Source: Chthoniobacterales bacterium
GTDB lineage: Bacteria; Verrucomicrobiota; Verrucomicrobiia; Chthoniobacterales; UBA10450
Length of the DNA stretch: 33,577 bases
Assembly: GCA_035276245.1 (NCBI GenBank)
Contig: DATELT010000204.1
Span: 1 to 33,577, forward strand
Direction: 5' to 3'
Positions within the stretch are counted from its first letter, which is position 1, and every line of letters begins with the position of its first letter. Shown in pieces: positions 1 through 8,266 of this stretch. Made by a program: the position numbers and the translations under genes. The notes under the pieces are model-generated. The model had not been told where the DNA came from, did not search any database, and saw only the letters and a program-made list of their open reading frames with translations.

Positions 1-231
1 CGGCACTATTTCGTCGCCAGTGGCGCCGAGCGCGCGAATAGTTTCCTCGACCAGCGGCGGATCGTTTGTCGCGTAAACTGCCATCGAATCACCGGGCTCG
101 AAAGTTAATCCCGAACCGGCCAGCGAAATCTCGTGGTGCCGGGTTTCTTTGCTGCGATTTCCTTCGTTCAGCCGTCGATTAACGACCATCTTCGCCGGGA
201 ACGGATTGGTGCGGGAATAAGGCGACGTCAT
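1..231 (-). CDS. FAD/NAD(P)-binding oxidoreductase of the CysJ / ferredoxin-NADP reductase type (N-terminal 77 aa only; the gene runs off the left edge)
   Basis: Absent from the ORF track because there is no stop in the window. Manual minus-strand translation from the ATG at 231-229 gives MTSPYSRTNPFPAKMVVNRRLNEGNRSKETRHHEISLAGSGLTFEPGDSMAVYATNDPPLVEETIRALGATGDEIVP. The order NPFPA..N..L...KETRH.E..L..SGL.FEPGD matches the FAD-binding barrel of sulfite-reductase-flavoprotein/FNR-like reductases. It lies 88 nt downstream of a ferredoxin gene on the same strand. Confidence 0.6.
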   Translation of the reverse strand, partial: MTSPYSRTNPFPAKMVVNRRLNEGNRSKETRHHEISLAGSGLTFEPGDSMAVYATNDPPLVEETIRALGATGDEIVP

Positions 232-319
232 CGTCTGCACCTACGCGGCGTCATCGTTGATGCAACTGCTGCATCGCTCATTAGCACCGTGTCGATGAAA
301 TCGTAAATTAGACAGCATT

Positions 320-556
320 TTATAACTCGCCGTCATCCCCGATGGCAAGTGTAGGGCAAACGTCCATGGCACGCTCCGCTGCGATTTCTTCTTCAGGCGT
401 CGCTGGCTGGCGTCCGAAGTACACGTGCGTTTGGTCTTGGCTGTATTGCAGCAGTGCGGGTGCTTCTTCAAGGCAATTTCGGCAGAGCGCACAGGAAGCA
501 TCGACATACCATCGCCCCGGTGCGTTCTCCGGTTGTTTCATCGTTTTGTCTGCCAT
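320..556 (-). CDS. Small [4Fe-4S]-type ferredoxin
   Basis: 78-aa ORF containing CxxCxxC (CALCRNC) and a distal CP (VCPTLAI), the classic single-cluster ferredoxin pattern. It sits upstream of the reductase fragment on the same strand. Confidence 0.8.
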   Translation of the reverse strand: MADKTMKQPENAPGRWYVDASCALCRNCLEEAPALLQYSQDQTHVYFGRQPATPEEEIAAERAMDVCPTLAIGDDGEL

Positions 557-633
557 GTTGGAATGTCAACAGCATTAGATAGCTTCGAGCCTTGCAGCAC
601 AAGGGCGCGACGCTAGCCTCTCGCGCATTTTCC

Positions 634-2007
634 ATGAACCACGACGAAGCACCACCGGTTGCCCCGCCCGTTGCTCCCACCTCGCATGATCCTTACGCCG
701 CTTTTCGCTTTGCCAGTTTCAATCTTTATATGACAGGAAATTTTCTGGCCTTCGTCGGCCGCCAAATGTTGGCCGTCGCAGTGGAATGGGAGATTTACCG
801 ACGCACGCATTCTGCGACTGCGCTTGGATTGGTTGGTTTGGTGCTGGTGATTCCGGTGGTGTGTCTTTCACTTCCCGCCGGACACCTCGCCGACAAATAC
901 AGCCGGAAACACATCATCATGATTGCGCAGTTTTTCATCGCGATCACTTCGGCGATGTTAGCGCTCGTTTCCTGGAAACATCTGTCCATTCCGGCCTGGT
1001 CGATTTTGCAGCAAGGCAACAGTGTGTTGCGTGCCATCGCCTCAGTTTTCGAACGTCATCAGCAGGCGTTTCACTTCGATGATTTCTCCATTCCGGTGAT
1101 TTACCTTTTGCTCTTTATTTCAGGAATTGCTCGCACCTTCGCCTGGGCCGGGCGCGCCTCGTTTTTCCCGACCCTCGTACCACTTGACGTCTTCGCCAAC
1201 GCGGTCACCTGGAACAGCAGCGTCTTTCAAATTGCCTCAGTCGTCGGGCCTGCCATTAGCGGGTTCATTGTGGTGCATATTAGTTTTTCCTGCGTTTACA
1301 TCATCGATGCCATCACTTCGTTCCTCTTTTTCCTTCTGGTGTTGCCAATTCCGCGTGCGCCAGACAAGAAAAAGCACGAGACTCTGGATACCTGGCGCAG
1401 TTTGCAGGCGGGGATGCGTTTTGTTCTGAGCAAACACGTCATTCTCGCAACCATCACGCTCGATTTGTTCGCGGTGTTGCTCGGTGGTGCGACTGCGTTG
1501 CTCCCAATGTTTGCCGATCAGATTCTACGCGTGGGCGCAATCGGTCTCGGTTGGATGCGCGCTACGCCAGCGATCGGCGCGTTTATCACTGCCCTCGTCG
1601 TTGCCTACTTGCCGCCGATCAAGCGTGCCGGTGTGACTTTGCTTTGGTGCGTCACTGGTTTTGGACTCGCCACCATTCTTTTTGGATTGTCACAAGTGTT
1701 CTGGTTCTCGCTCGCGATGCTTTTTCTCATTGGCGCCTTCGACAGCGTCAGCGTGATCATTCGCGGGACTATCGTGCAGTTGGTCACGCCCGATGAAATG
1801 CGTGGCCGCGTTTCCGCTGTTAACAATATCTTCATCGGGACTTCGAATGAGTTCGGCGCCCTCGAATCCGGCCTCACTGCGGCATTGTTCGGCCCGGTGA
1901 TTTCCGTCGTTGGTGGTGGCATCGGGACAATTCTGGTCGTTCTCGGCGTCGCAAAATGGTGGCCCGAAACGTTGAAGATCGGAAGGTTGGACAAGACGCT
2001 CCGTTAG
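634..2007 (+). CDS. MFS transporter
   Basis: ORF 592..2007. I prefer the ATG at 634 (MNHDEAPP...). There are about 12 hydrophobic spans, and the layout resembles the MFS_3/EntS-like subfamily (LPAGHLADKYSRK loop after TM2, long C-terminal half). Confidence 0.85.
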   Translation: MNHDEAPPVAPPVAPTSHDPYAAFRFASFNLYMTGNFLAFVGRQMLAVAVEWEIYRRTHSATALGLVGLVLVIPVVCLSLPAGHLADKYSRKHIIMIAQFFIAITSAMLALVSWKHLSIPAWSILQQGNSVLRAIASVFERHQQAFHFDDFSIPVIYLLLFISGIARTFAWAGRASFFPTLVPLDVFANAVTWNSSVFQIASVVGPAISGFIVVHISFSCVYIIDAITSFLFFLLVLPIPRAPDKKKHETLDTWRSLQAGMRFVLSKHVILATITLDLFAVLLGGATALLPMFADQILRVGAIGLGWMRATPAIGAFITALVVAYLPPIKRAGVTLLWCVTGFGLATILFGLSQVFWFSLAMLFLIGAFDSVSVIIRGTIVQLVTPDEMRGRVSAVNNIFIGTSNEFGALESGLTAALFGPVISVVGGGIGTILVVLGVAKWWPETLKIGRLDKTLR

Positions 2008-2128
2008 GAACATAGGCTTTTAGCCTGTGTACAGCCGGGCTTTGCTCCGCTGCCGGGAGAAATACTTAAAAATATGCTGGGCGCACAGGCAAACTGCCTA
2101 TGTTTTTGTCAGGATCGCAAAGGTCGTT

Positions 2129-2914
2129 ATGAAAATCGCCGCTGCCCAAATTGCCTGTACTCCGGGCGAAGTCTGCGCGAATCTGCGCAAGATTCGCGAG
2201 TTTACTTCGCGGGCGAAAAAGGCCGGCGCGGAATTGATCGTTTTCCCAGAGATGTCCGACACCGGTTATTCGATGCCGGTCATCCAGGAAGCCGCCACCG
2301 ATTGGAACCAAGGCGCGGTGCCGCGGCTCGAAGATATCGCGCGTGAGTTCTCCATCGCCATCATCTGTGGCGTGTCGGAACGGGAGGAGGATCGCATTTA
2401 CAATTCCCAGGTCTTCTTTGACGCCGCTGGGAACATGATCGCGAAATATCGCAAGACCCATCTCGTGACCGCATCGCAGGTCGACGAGCGCTCCGTATTC
2501 ACTCCGGGCAATTCGTTTGTTAGTCGCCAGTTCGGAAATTATGTTTTCGGGCTGACCATTTGCTACGATCTCCGTTTCCCGGAAGTTTGCCGCAAGCTCG
2601 CCGTGGGACAAAACGTAAATGTATTCGTGAATTCATCGGCGTGGCCGATCGTGCGCGTCGAACATCTGCGGGTTCTTGCCATCACGCGGGCGATCGAGAA
2701 TCAATGCTATCTCATTCTGGCGAACCGCACCGGCGCCGATAATGATGGTACCCTTTGCGGGACGTCTGTTATCGTCGATCCCTATGGTGTGATCCTCTCG
2801 GCGGCGTCGGTCGATCGCGAAGAAATCATTTACGCCGAGATTTCAAAAGATGTTGTCGATGAAGTTCGCAAACGCATGGCGGTATTCGATCACCGCCGAG
2901 CGGATTTGTATTAG
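2129..2914 (+). CDS. Carbon-nitrogen hydrolase (nitrilase superfamily) protein
   Basis: Start taken at the internal ATG 2129 (MKIAAAQIAC...). The Glu-Lys-Cys triad context is visible: VFPEMSDTGY, YRKTHL, LTICYDLRFPE. Confidence 0.85.
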   Translation: MKIAAAQIACTPGEVCANLRKIREFTSRAKKAGAELIVFPEMSDTGYSMPVIQEAATDWNQGAVPRLEDIAREFSIAIICGVSEREEDRIYNSQVFFDAAGNMIAKYRKTHLVTASQVDERSVFTPGNSFVSRQFGNYVFGLTICYDLRFPEVCRKLAVGQNVNVFVNSSAWPIVRVEHLRVLAITRAIENQCYLILANRTGADNDGTLCGTSVIVDPYGVILSAASVDREEIIYAEISKDVVDEVRKRMAVFDHRRADLY

Positions 2915-2996
2915 TTGTAGAGGCGCTTGTTCTAAGCGACTTTGTTTCAAGCCGTTTGTCAGAAACGCCGCTACCAACCCGGCATCCGGTTCGCAC

Positions 2997-3872
2997 CTAG
3001 AACGCGCCATGGACCGCGATCATTCCATAGGGAGCACTGCCATCTTCGTGGAACCGGACATTAGCGCGATAGAAATCAAAGGTGCGATACGGCTGGTAGC
3101 CGGCCTCGGCATTGAGCGAGAGCCATCTGGCAAGTTTCCAATCAAATCCGACGCCAGTTCGCACTTCGCTATAGGTCAGTACAGCGTGGTCGAGTCGGGG
3201 TATTCCATGTTCGCGGCCGAAGTCGTCGCTCACCCGGAAGTTTGTTTCCTTTAAAGTTGCACCGAGATACAGCGTGAGGTTTTTGTTCCATTCGTATTCG
3301 AGACGCGGGGTCGGAGCAACCGCATTCAGGACCCATTGCGGCTGAAATCTCCAACGAATCCCACCGCCGGGAATGACCGGATACTTGCGTTCGACATCAA
3401 TGCTAACGCCGAGAACCAACTGAAGATCGGGACTATAGATATAAGTGCCACCGATCTCGAAGGGCGTGTTGAAGTCGGTCGATCCTGGCCGGAACGCCTC
3501 GCTGTAGACTCCCGGCGTGGTTTCGATCCTAACGAGAATTGAATCGGAAAATTGAGTATCGATCCCGACGATGGCGGCGACCGATTGCAGGGTATTCGGC
3601 AGCGGTGCGTTTTTGCTCAAGCCGAAAGAGAATTGTTCGTATTCGAAACCAAGCCGAAGGACACCGAGCTTCACCCGCGGCGTGAAAACGAACCGGAGCA
3701 GGGTGTCGCTCTCATCGAAATCTTCCACTCGCTTCGATCCGCGCGCGACCGTGGATTCACCGATGTACGTTTCCTCGAAGGAGTACTCGAGCGGCCAAAA
3801 GTCACTTCCGAATGAGGCAGTGGCCAGCAAAGTCGCGACCAGCAATTGCGGGGTAAAAGAACGGGCGACCAC
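2997..3872 (-). CDS. Putative outer-membrane beta-barrel protein (paralog A), unknown function
   Basis: 291 aa with a hydrophobic N-terminal leader, alternating beta-strand-like pattern and a C-terminal ...HGAF ending in Phe. It shares ordered motifs with ORF 8263..9192: PGGGI.W, L.AV.P.P.L.Y, LD.AV..YSE.R.G, R.FDF.R.N, APY..IA, terminal F. Confidence 0.55.
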   Translation of the reverse strand: MVARSFTPQLLVATLLATASFGSDFWPLEYSFEETYIGESTVARGSKRVEDFDESDTLLRFVFTPRVKLGVLRLGFEYEQFSFGLSKNAPLPNTLQSVAAIVGIDTQFSDSILVRIETTPGVYSEAFRPGSTDFNTPFEIGGTYIYSPDLQLVLGVSIDVERKYPVIPGGGIRWRFQPQWVLNAVAPTPRLEYEWNKNLTLYLGATLKETNFRVSDDFGREHGIPRLDHAVLTYSEVRTGVGFDWKLARWLSLNAEAGYQPYRTFDFYRANVRFHEDGSAPYGMIAVHGAF

Positions 3873-3875
3873 GAC

Positions 3876-4877
3876 TCAGCGACTGCGTTCCTGGCGGAAC
3901 CGCGCGATGGATTTGGCAACGTCTTTCATCATCGCCGATTCCGAGCCGAGTTTTTCCACGCCATGCAAGTCGGCCAGTGCGGCCGACGAGACCATATCAC
4001 CCCGCCAGACTAGAGTATGTGGTTTGCCGTCTATATCAACCGGCCACATTTGATGCAACGTGAGAGTGGCGTAAAAACCGCCGCTGGAATAGTAAAAAGT
4101 ATCAGCCACCTGCACCACACCACTCGCGTTGCGCGAATAAAAAGCGCCCAGAGTTGCCACCGCCACATTATCGGCGTTGAGCAATTCCCAATACAAATCC
4201 GGCTTGAGTGATCCCGCACCCCGCCCAATGCCGCTGCTGTCGAGGAGTCCAGCAAACTGCTTCCGAATCTTTGATTGCTCGCGCAGGAGACCATTTAACT
4301 CCTCGCCCGGTTTGATGGACGGACTAGCGTGATCGTACGGCGGCTGCGCCGAAGTACCGCCGCTGATGTAGGCGCGGGTGCGCCCGGCCAGAACGCCCAT
4401 CCAAAAATCGCCGCCCGCAGCGGAAAGCGCAGCATTACCGCCCTTCCATCGCGCCGCCTCTTCGCGGCTGAGCTGCAAATCGTTGCCCATTTTGGCGGTC
4501 GCATTCACCAGCGCTCGCACCGGACCGTTGTCTGGTGCGTTCTTGATTCTGGCAAAGGAAGACTCGCTTATTGCACCAGAGAGGTCGCCGTGTAGAAGCA
4601 CCTTCGGTTCATGATGCTCGGACGGGTTCCAGTTGCGCATCGCTTCGAGATGCGGTCCAGGCGCTCCAGGCAAAACGTAGACGCTTTGCACCGACAAGAA
4701 CCGCGAATTGCTCATGGGCGGTCCGTGTGCAGTTTTCGCATCGCTTTTTGCCAATTGCGCCAGATCGATTTTATCGAAAATAGAAAAGCCACTGAGTTCC
4801 GAGACCGGATCGGCTAACGCCGTGCGGATGCCGGCGAGAATCGCCAAGAGCAGGGAGGGGAGACAGCTCTTTCTCAT
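3876..4877 (-). CDS. Secreted hypothetical protein (signal peptide, no recognisable domain)
   Basis: 333-aa ORF with N-terminal MRKSCLPSLLLAILAGIRTALA/DP that looks like a Sec signal. Its stop lies 3 nt upstream of the start of the beta-barrel gene, so they are probably co-transcribed. Confidence 0.6.
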   Translation of the reverse strand: MRKSCLPSLLLAILAGIRTALADPVSELSGFSIFDKIDLAQLAKSDAKTAHGPPMSNSRFLSVQSVYVLPGAPGPHLEAMRNWNPSEHHEPKVLLHGDLSGAISESSFARIKNAPDNGPVRALVNATAKMGNDLQLSREEAARWKGGNAALSAAGGDFWMGVLAGRTRAYISGGTSAQPPYDHASPSIKPGEELNGLLREQSKIRKQFAGLLDSSGIGRGAGSLKPDLYWELLNADNVAVATLGAFYSRNASGVVQVADTFYYSSGGFYATLTLHQMWPVDIDGKPHTLVWRGDMVSSAALADLHGVEKLGSESAMMKDVAKSIARFRQERSR

Positions 4878-4945
4878 GCGGACACTTCTAACGGTACGTT
4901 GCCGGGTTGCAAATCTTGCTCTGCCATCGCAATAACCTTTCGAAA

Positions 4946-5902
4946 ATGGATGAACCAGTGATCGTGCTCGAGAAGCTGAGCAAGCATTTTGGCGATGTTC
5001 AAGCAGTGCGAGACGTTTCCTTCACCATTGCTCCGGGGACAATCTTCGGATTTCTTGGTGCTAATGGCGCGGGCAAGACGACGACCATCCGGATGTTGTG
5101 TGGCCTGACCCATCCGACCGGCGGAAAAGCAACCATCGCCGGCCACGACGTCTGGCAGGAACGGCAGCAAGTGCGGACGAAGTTTGGTTACGTCGCGCAA
5201 CGCTTCAGTTTGTATCCAGACCTCACGGTGGAGGAGAATTTTCGCTTTTTCGGCGGCGCCTGTCGCGTGCCAAAAACGGAACTGGATGAACGGATCGCGA
5301 ATCTGTTGGGCCTCACTGATCTCAGGGAAAAACGCAATACGGCGGCTGGTAGCTTGTCGGGCGGAATGCGGCAGTTGCTCGCACTCGGCTGCGCGCTCGT
5401 GCATGACCCGCCTTTGCTCTTCCTCGATGAACCGACGTCGGGTCTCGATCCGGTTCATCGGCAACACATTTGGAATCTCCTCTATGACTTAAGTCACGCC
5501 GGTAAGACGATCTTCGTTACGACTCATTACATGGATGAAGCGGAGCGCTGTACCGAAGTTGGTTTTATTGAGAGCGGCCGAATCCTCGCCAAATCGTCAC
5601 CGCGAAATCTGAAAGCGAGTTTTCGCACCAAATTGCTCGAGATCGATGTCGATCCGGTCATGCCGGCGCTGGTCCAGTTGCGCAATCTCCCCGGCATTCT
5701 TGGTGTCTCGTTGCGCAGCGGCGCGCTTCGAATCTACGCGCCCAATCCGGAAGCACTGCTTCAAACCTGGCAGGCAAGCTGGCCTTTCCCCGATTTGAAG
5801 TTGTTAGGTGAACGCTGGGTCGAACCGGACATGGAAGACGTGTTTACAGCGTATTCGCAAGGGTACGATGCGGTGCTGAAGGGAAGCGACGCAGAAGAAT
5901 GA
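4946..5902 (+). CDS. ABC transporter ATP-binding protein (ABC-2 / CcmA-type exporter ATPase)
   Basis: Start at ATG 4946 (MDEPVIVLEKL...). Walker A GANGAGKTT, Q-loop, signature LSGGMRQ, Walker B LLFLDEPTSGLD and H-loop TTHYMDEAE are all present. Confidence 0.9.
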   Translation: MDEPVIVLEKLSKHFGDVQAVRDVSFTIAPGTIFGFLGANGAGKTTTIRMLCGLTHPTGGKATIAGHDVWQERQQVRTKFGYVAQRFSLYPDLTVEENFRFFGGACRVPKTELDERIANLLGLTDLREKRNTAAGSLSGGMRQLLALGCALVHDPPLLFLDEPTSGLDPVHRQHIWNLLYDLSHAGKTIFVTTHYMDEAERCTEVGFIESGRILAKSSPRNLKASFRTKLLEIDVDPVMPALVQLRNLPGILGVSLRSGALRIYAPNPEALLQTWQASWPFPDLKLLGERWVEPDMEDVFTAYSQGYDAVLKGSDAEE

Positions 5903-5936
5903 AGCGACGCAGAGGAATGAAGCGACGCAGGGGAAT
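5883..5936. repeat. Three tandem 18-bp units, GAAGCGACGCAG(A/G)(A/G)GAAT
   Basis: Read directly: 5883-5900, 5901-5918 and 5919-5936, differing only at positions 13-14. The TGA ending at 5902 recurs in frame at 5918-5920 and 5936-5938. Confidence 0.9.
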
Positions 5937-5957
5937 GAAGAGAAAGCCGAGTAGATT

Positions 5958-6030
5958 CAACGCCCCAACGCCCATCTAATTTGAAGAAGAAAACATCGAA
6001 CATGGGACGCCGAACACCGAACGCCGAATG
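5958..6030. repeat. Left-arm heptamer arrays (CCAACGC x2, then CGAAC(A/G)C-type x4) flanking the four-helix-bundle ORF
   Basis: caacgccccaacgccca at 5958-5974 and atcgaacatgggacgccgaacaccgaacgccgaatg at 5995-6030. These are reverse complements of the arrays downstream of the ORF. Confidence 0.8.
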
Positions 6031-6049
6031 GAATTTGCATGCGTTTCGG

Positions 6050-6446
6050 GTGCATGAGGACTATTCCGAATACAGAGTCTCGAAGAAAACGAAGTATGAT
6101 CTTAAAGACAGATTATTGGAGTTTGCAGTCGCGGGTTTTTGAACTGACTGATGACTTGCCCAACACGAGAGCCAGCAACCACATTGCAGGCCAGCTTCTC
6201 AGATGCGGAACATCACTGTACGGTCATCATGGCGAAGTTGAAGCTGCAGAGTCCCGTAAAGATTTTATTCATAAGCTTAAGGTCTGTTTAAAAGAGCCGC
6301 GCGAAACTAGACGCTGGCTTAGGCTGGTATCGCGGCTCAAGAAGATGAATCGCGATCCGCGCCTGACTTCGTGCCTCGCTGAAGCCGAGGAGTTGATGAG
6401 AATCTTTGTCGCAAGCGTCCGGACGGCGGAAAAACGCAACCTATGA
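6050..6446 (+). pseudogene. Four-helix-bundle protein (23S rRNA intervening-sequence protein family), apparently disrupted by a 1-nt frameshift
   Basis: The frame-0 ORF gives ...RVFELTDDLPNTRASNHIAGQLLRCGTS...AAESRKDFIHKLKVCLKEPRETRRWLRL..., typical of this family. The expected helix-1 sequence KYDLKDRLLEFAV is encoded at 6092-6130 in a different frame that stops at 6140-6142. Skipping one nucleotide near 6131 restores EFAV-RVFELTDDLP. A truncated product starting at ATG 6096 is the alternative. Confidence 0.55.
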
Positions 6447-6462
6447 TGTCACACCACGTGTA

Positions 6463-6609
6463 CTTCGACGTTCGACGTTCGGTGTTCAGCGTTCGGCGTT
6501 TACCGCGTGCCGCGTCATTAGGCGTTGGGCGTTGGGTGTTGGACGTTGGGCGTTTTCTTTTGTCGTTTTCTGTGATCGATGTTCGGCGTTCGGCGCTCGG
6601 CGTTCGATG
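6463..6609. repeat. Right-arm heptamer arrays: (C/T)GTTC(G/A)(G/A) x5, GCGTTGG x4.5, (C/T)G(T/C)TCGG x4
   Basis: 6463-6500 cttcgacgttcgacgttcggtgttcagcgttcggcgtt; 6521-6554 ggcgttgggcgttgggtgttggacgttgggcgtt; 6578-6609 gatgttcggcgttcggcgctcggcgttcgatg. The reverse complement of 6008-6028 matches 6478-6498 at 18 of 21 positions. Confidence 0.8.
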
Positions 6610-6618
6610 TTTTTGCTC

Positions 6619-7803
6619 ATGAACTCCTCTTTCCACGCCATCCTCAGCGTCGCCTACAAGGAGTTTCTCCACATTTATCGCGACAAACGAGTGCTGCTTT
6701 TGCTTTTGATTTTGCCGCCGCTTTTCATTTTGCTCTTCGGTTACGCTTTCGAATCGAGCGACATTACCGATGTCCCCAGCCTGCTGATTAATCGCGACAA
6801 CACACCGCGCACCCAGCGTTTTATCGATATCGCGCTGCAGAACAAAACGTTTCAGTGGCGACAGGCTCCGCCGAACACCAGCAACGAATCCGATCTTCTC
6901 GCCCACCACGTCCAGGCCGCGTTGATCATTCCATCGGGCTGGAGCGATTCCCTGAACGCCGGTAATCCGAAACCGCTGACCCTTTACGTCGATGGGAGCG
7001 ACATCAATACAACCGAGGTGGTGGAGGGCGGAGTGCAGAAAAGTCTTGCCGATTTCCAGATGAAAGAGCGCGACCTTATCGTTGAGGACCTGCCGGATGA
7101 AGTGATCGAGTTGGGCAAACAATTGCCGGTGCAGATTCGGAAGCAATTCGTCTCGCTCATGGAAGCGTGGACTGCCAAGAGAATAGTGCTCTACAACCCG
7201 AAAGAGCGTTTTATTGACTATGTTATCCCGGGAATTATCGGGCTCATCTTACAATTGCTCACGGTCACGCTGATGGCTTGCACCATCGCGCGCGAACGCG
7301 AGTCCGGAACGCTTTACCAGTTGATGGTGACGTCGCTGAAGCGTGGCGAAATCGTGATTGGCAAAATCCTGCCGTATCTCGGTGTCTCGATCGTGATCAT
7401 CGCAGTGATCGCGTTTGTCGCCGGTTTTCAATTTCATGTGCCATTCTATCAACCGCCCGCATTAATGCTGATCTGTCTCCTTTTTCTGCTTTGTTCACTC
7501 GGGCTCGGGCTTTTGATCTCGGCTTTTTCAAAAACCCAGACCCAGGCGATTCAATTCTCCGTGTTCTTTTTGCTGCCGGTATTTGTCTTGTCCGGCGCCT
7601 TTGCCCCGCTCGAGCAACTGCCCAAAGCCATCCAATACCTTTCGGAGATTTTTCCGCTCACTCATTTCTGCCGCGCGTTTCGCCTGGTGAACATGTATCA
7701 AGCCCCAACGGCGTTTTATTTGAAGGACCTAATAATTCTGTTTGCCGGCGCGATTATCGCCTTTATCGGCGCTGCACTTTTGTTGCGGCGTATCGAAGAG
7801 TAG
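6619..7803 (+). CDS. ABC-2 type transporter permease with a large extracytoplasmic loop (YbhS/YhhJ-like)
   Basis: ORF 6406..7803. The first 71 codons translate the heptamer repeats, so I take the start at ATG 6619 (MNSSFHAILSVAYKEFLHIYRDKR...; ATG 6607 is also possible). TM1 is followed by a soluble loop of about 190 aa and then 5 TMs, the ABC2_membrane_3 layout. Confidence 0.85.
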   Translation: MNSSFHAILSVAYKEFLHIYRDKRVLLLLLILPPLFILLFGYAFESSDITDVPSLLINRDNTPRTQRFIDIALQNKTFQWRQAPPNTSNESDLLAHHVQAALIIPSGWSDSLNAGNPKPLTLYVDGSDINTTEVVEGGVQKSLADFQMKERDLIVEDLPDEVIELGKQLPVQIRKQFVSLMEAWTAKRIVLYNPKERFIDYVIPGIIGLILQLLTVTLMACTIARERESGTLYQLMVTSLKRGEIVIGKILPYLGVSIVIIAVIAFVAGFQFHVPFYQPPALMLICLLFLLCSLGLGLLISAFSKTQTQAIQFSVFFLLPVFVLSGAFAPLEQLPKAIQYLSEIFPLTHFCRAFRLVNMYQAPTAFYLKDLIILFAGAIIAFIGAALLLRRIEE

Positions 7804-7837
7804 CGAGGTTAAGCGGCCAACTACGGCCACGGCAACG

Positions 7838-8266
7838 ATGCTGATTCGAGCAGTGAAAGAGAGGAACTCGTTATTTTTCGCGAGAATTGCTACTCTGGCC
7901 GCGTTGATCAACGTGGGCACCGCCCTGGCGGCGTCGAATGAGCCGCCCAATGCGACGCCGCAGGATGTGTTCGATGCCATGCGCGACAGTTTTCAACCGG
8001 CAAAAGCAAACGGTGTGCACGCTCGTTATCAATGGGACTTGAGCGGACCAAACGGTGGCAAATGGTGGATCGAGGTAAACAACGGGACCTACAAGATGGG
8101 CAAAGGAAAAATCCCCGATCCAAATGTCATTTTCATAGCAAAAGACAAGGTTTGGGTCGCTATCTGCCATGACCAACTCAGCGGCACATGGGCCTATCTT
8201 ACTGGCCGACTAAAGATTCGCGGCGATCAGGGAATAGCCAGAAAGCTCGGCGAAATGTTTCCTTAA
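7838..8266 (+). CDS. Secreted SCP2 (sterol-carrier-protein-2-like) domain protein
   Basis: Start at ATG 7838. The signal-like N-terminus is MLIRAVKERNSLFFARIATLAALINVGTALA/AS. The mature part (...YQWDLSGPNGGKWWIEVNNGTYKMGKG...FIAKDKVWVAI...LTGRLKIRGDQGIARKL) follows the SCP2 / alkyl-sulfatase-C-terminal pattern. Confidence 0.7.
   Translation: MLIRAVKERNSLFFARIATLAALINVGTALAASNEPPNATPQDVFDAMRDSFQPAKANGVHARYQWDLSGPNGGKWWIEVNNGTYKMGKGKIPDPNVIFIAKDKVWVAICHDQLSGTWAYLTGRLKIRGDQGIARKLGEMFP

Noticed and set aside
4874-5467. 197-aa minus-strand ORF overlapping the ABC ATPase. The same applies to 6337-7146, 11719-12315, 11733-12296, 17214-17717, 18863-19561, 15248-15658 and 30387-30971.
   Set aside because: All are antisense to genes with strong family motifs (Walker motifs, HhH-GPD, MiaA, HflX, SDR, Gfo/Idh/MocA). 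None carries a recognisable domain.
6039-6446. Interpreting the four-helix-bundle ORF as evidence of an rRNA operon or an IVS within 23S rDNA
   Set aside because: No rRNA-like sequence flanks it. It lies between two protein-coding genes of one ABC operon.
5883-6609. Possible CRISPR array, given the many short direct repeats
   Set aside because: The repeats are 7-bp and 18-bp units in immediate tandem with no unique spacers, and no cas genes are present. This is not CRISPR architecture.
6406-6618. N-terminal 71-codon extension of the ABC-2 permease ORF (MSQASGRRKNATYD...RSAFGARRS)
   Set aside because: It is a translation of the heptamer repeat arrays and overlaps the end of the four-helix-bundle ORF. 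The permease family N-terminus starts at 6619.
8263-8266. Overlap of the stop codons of the convergent SCP2 and beta-barrel paralog B genes (TTAA core)
   Set aside because: The overlap is real in the sequence, but on its own it is a compactness curiosity. It is folded into the cluster finding rather than reported separately.
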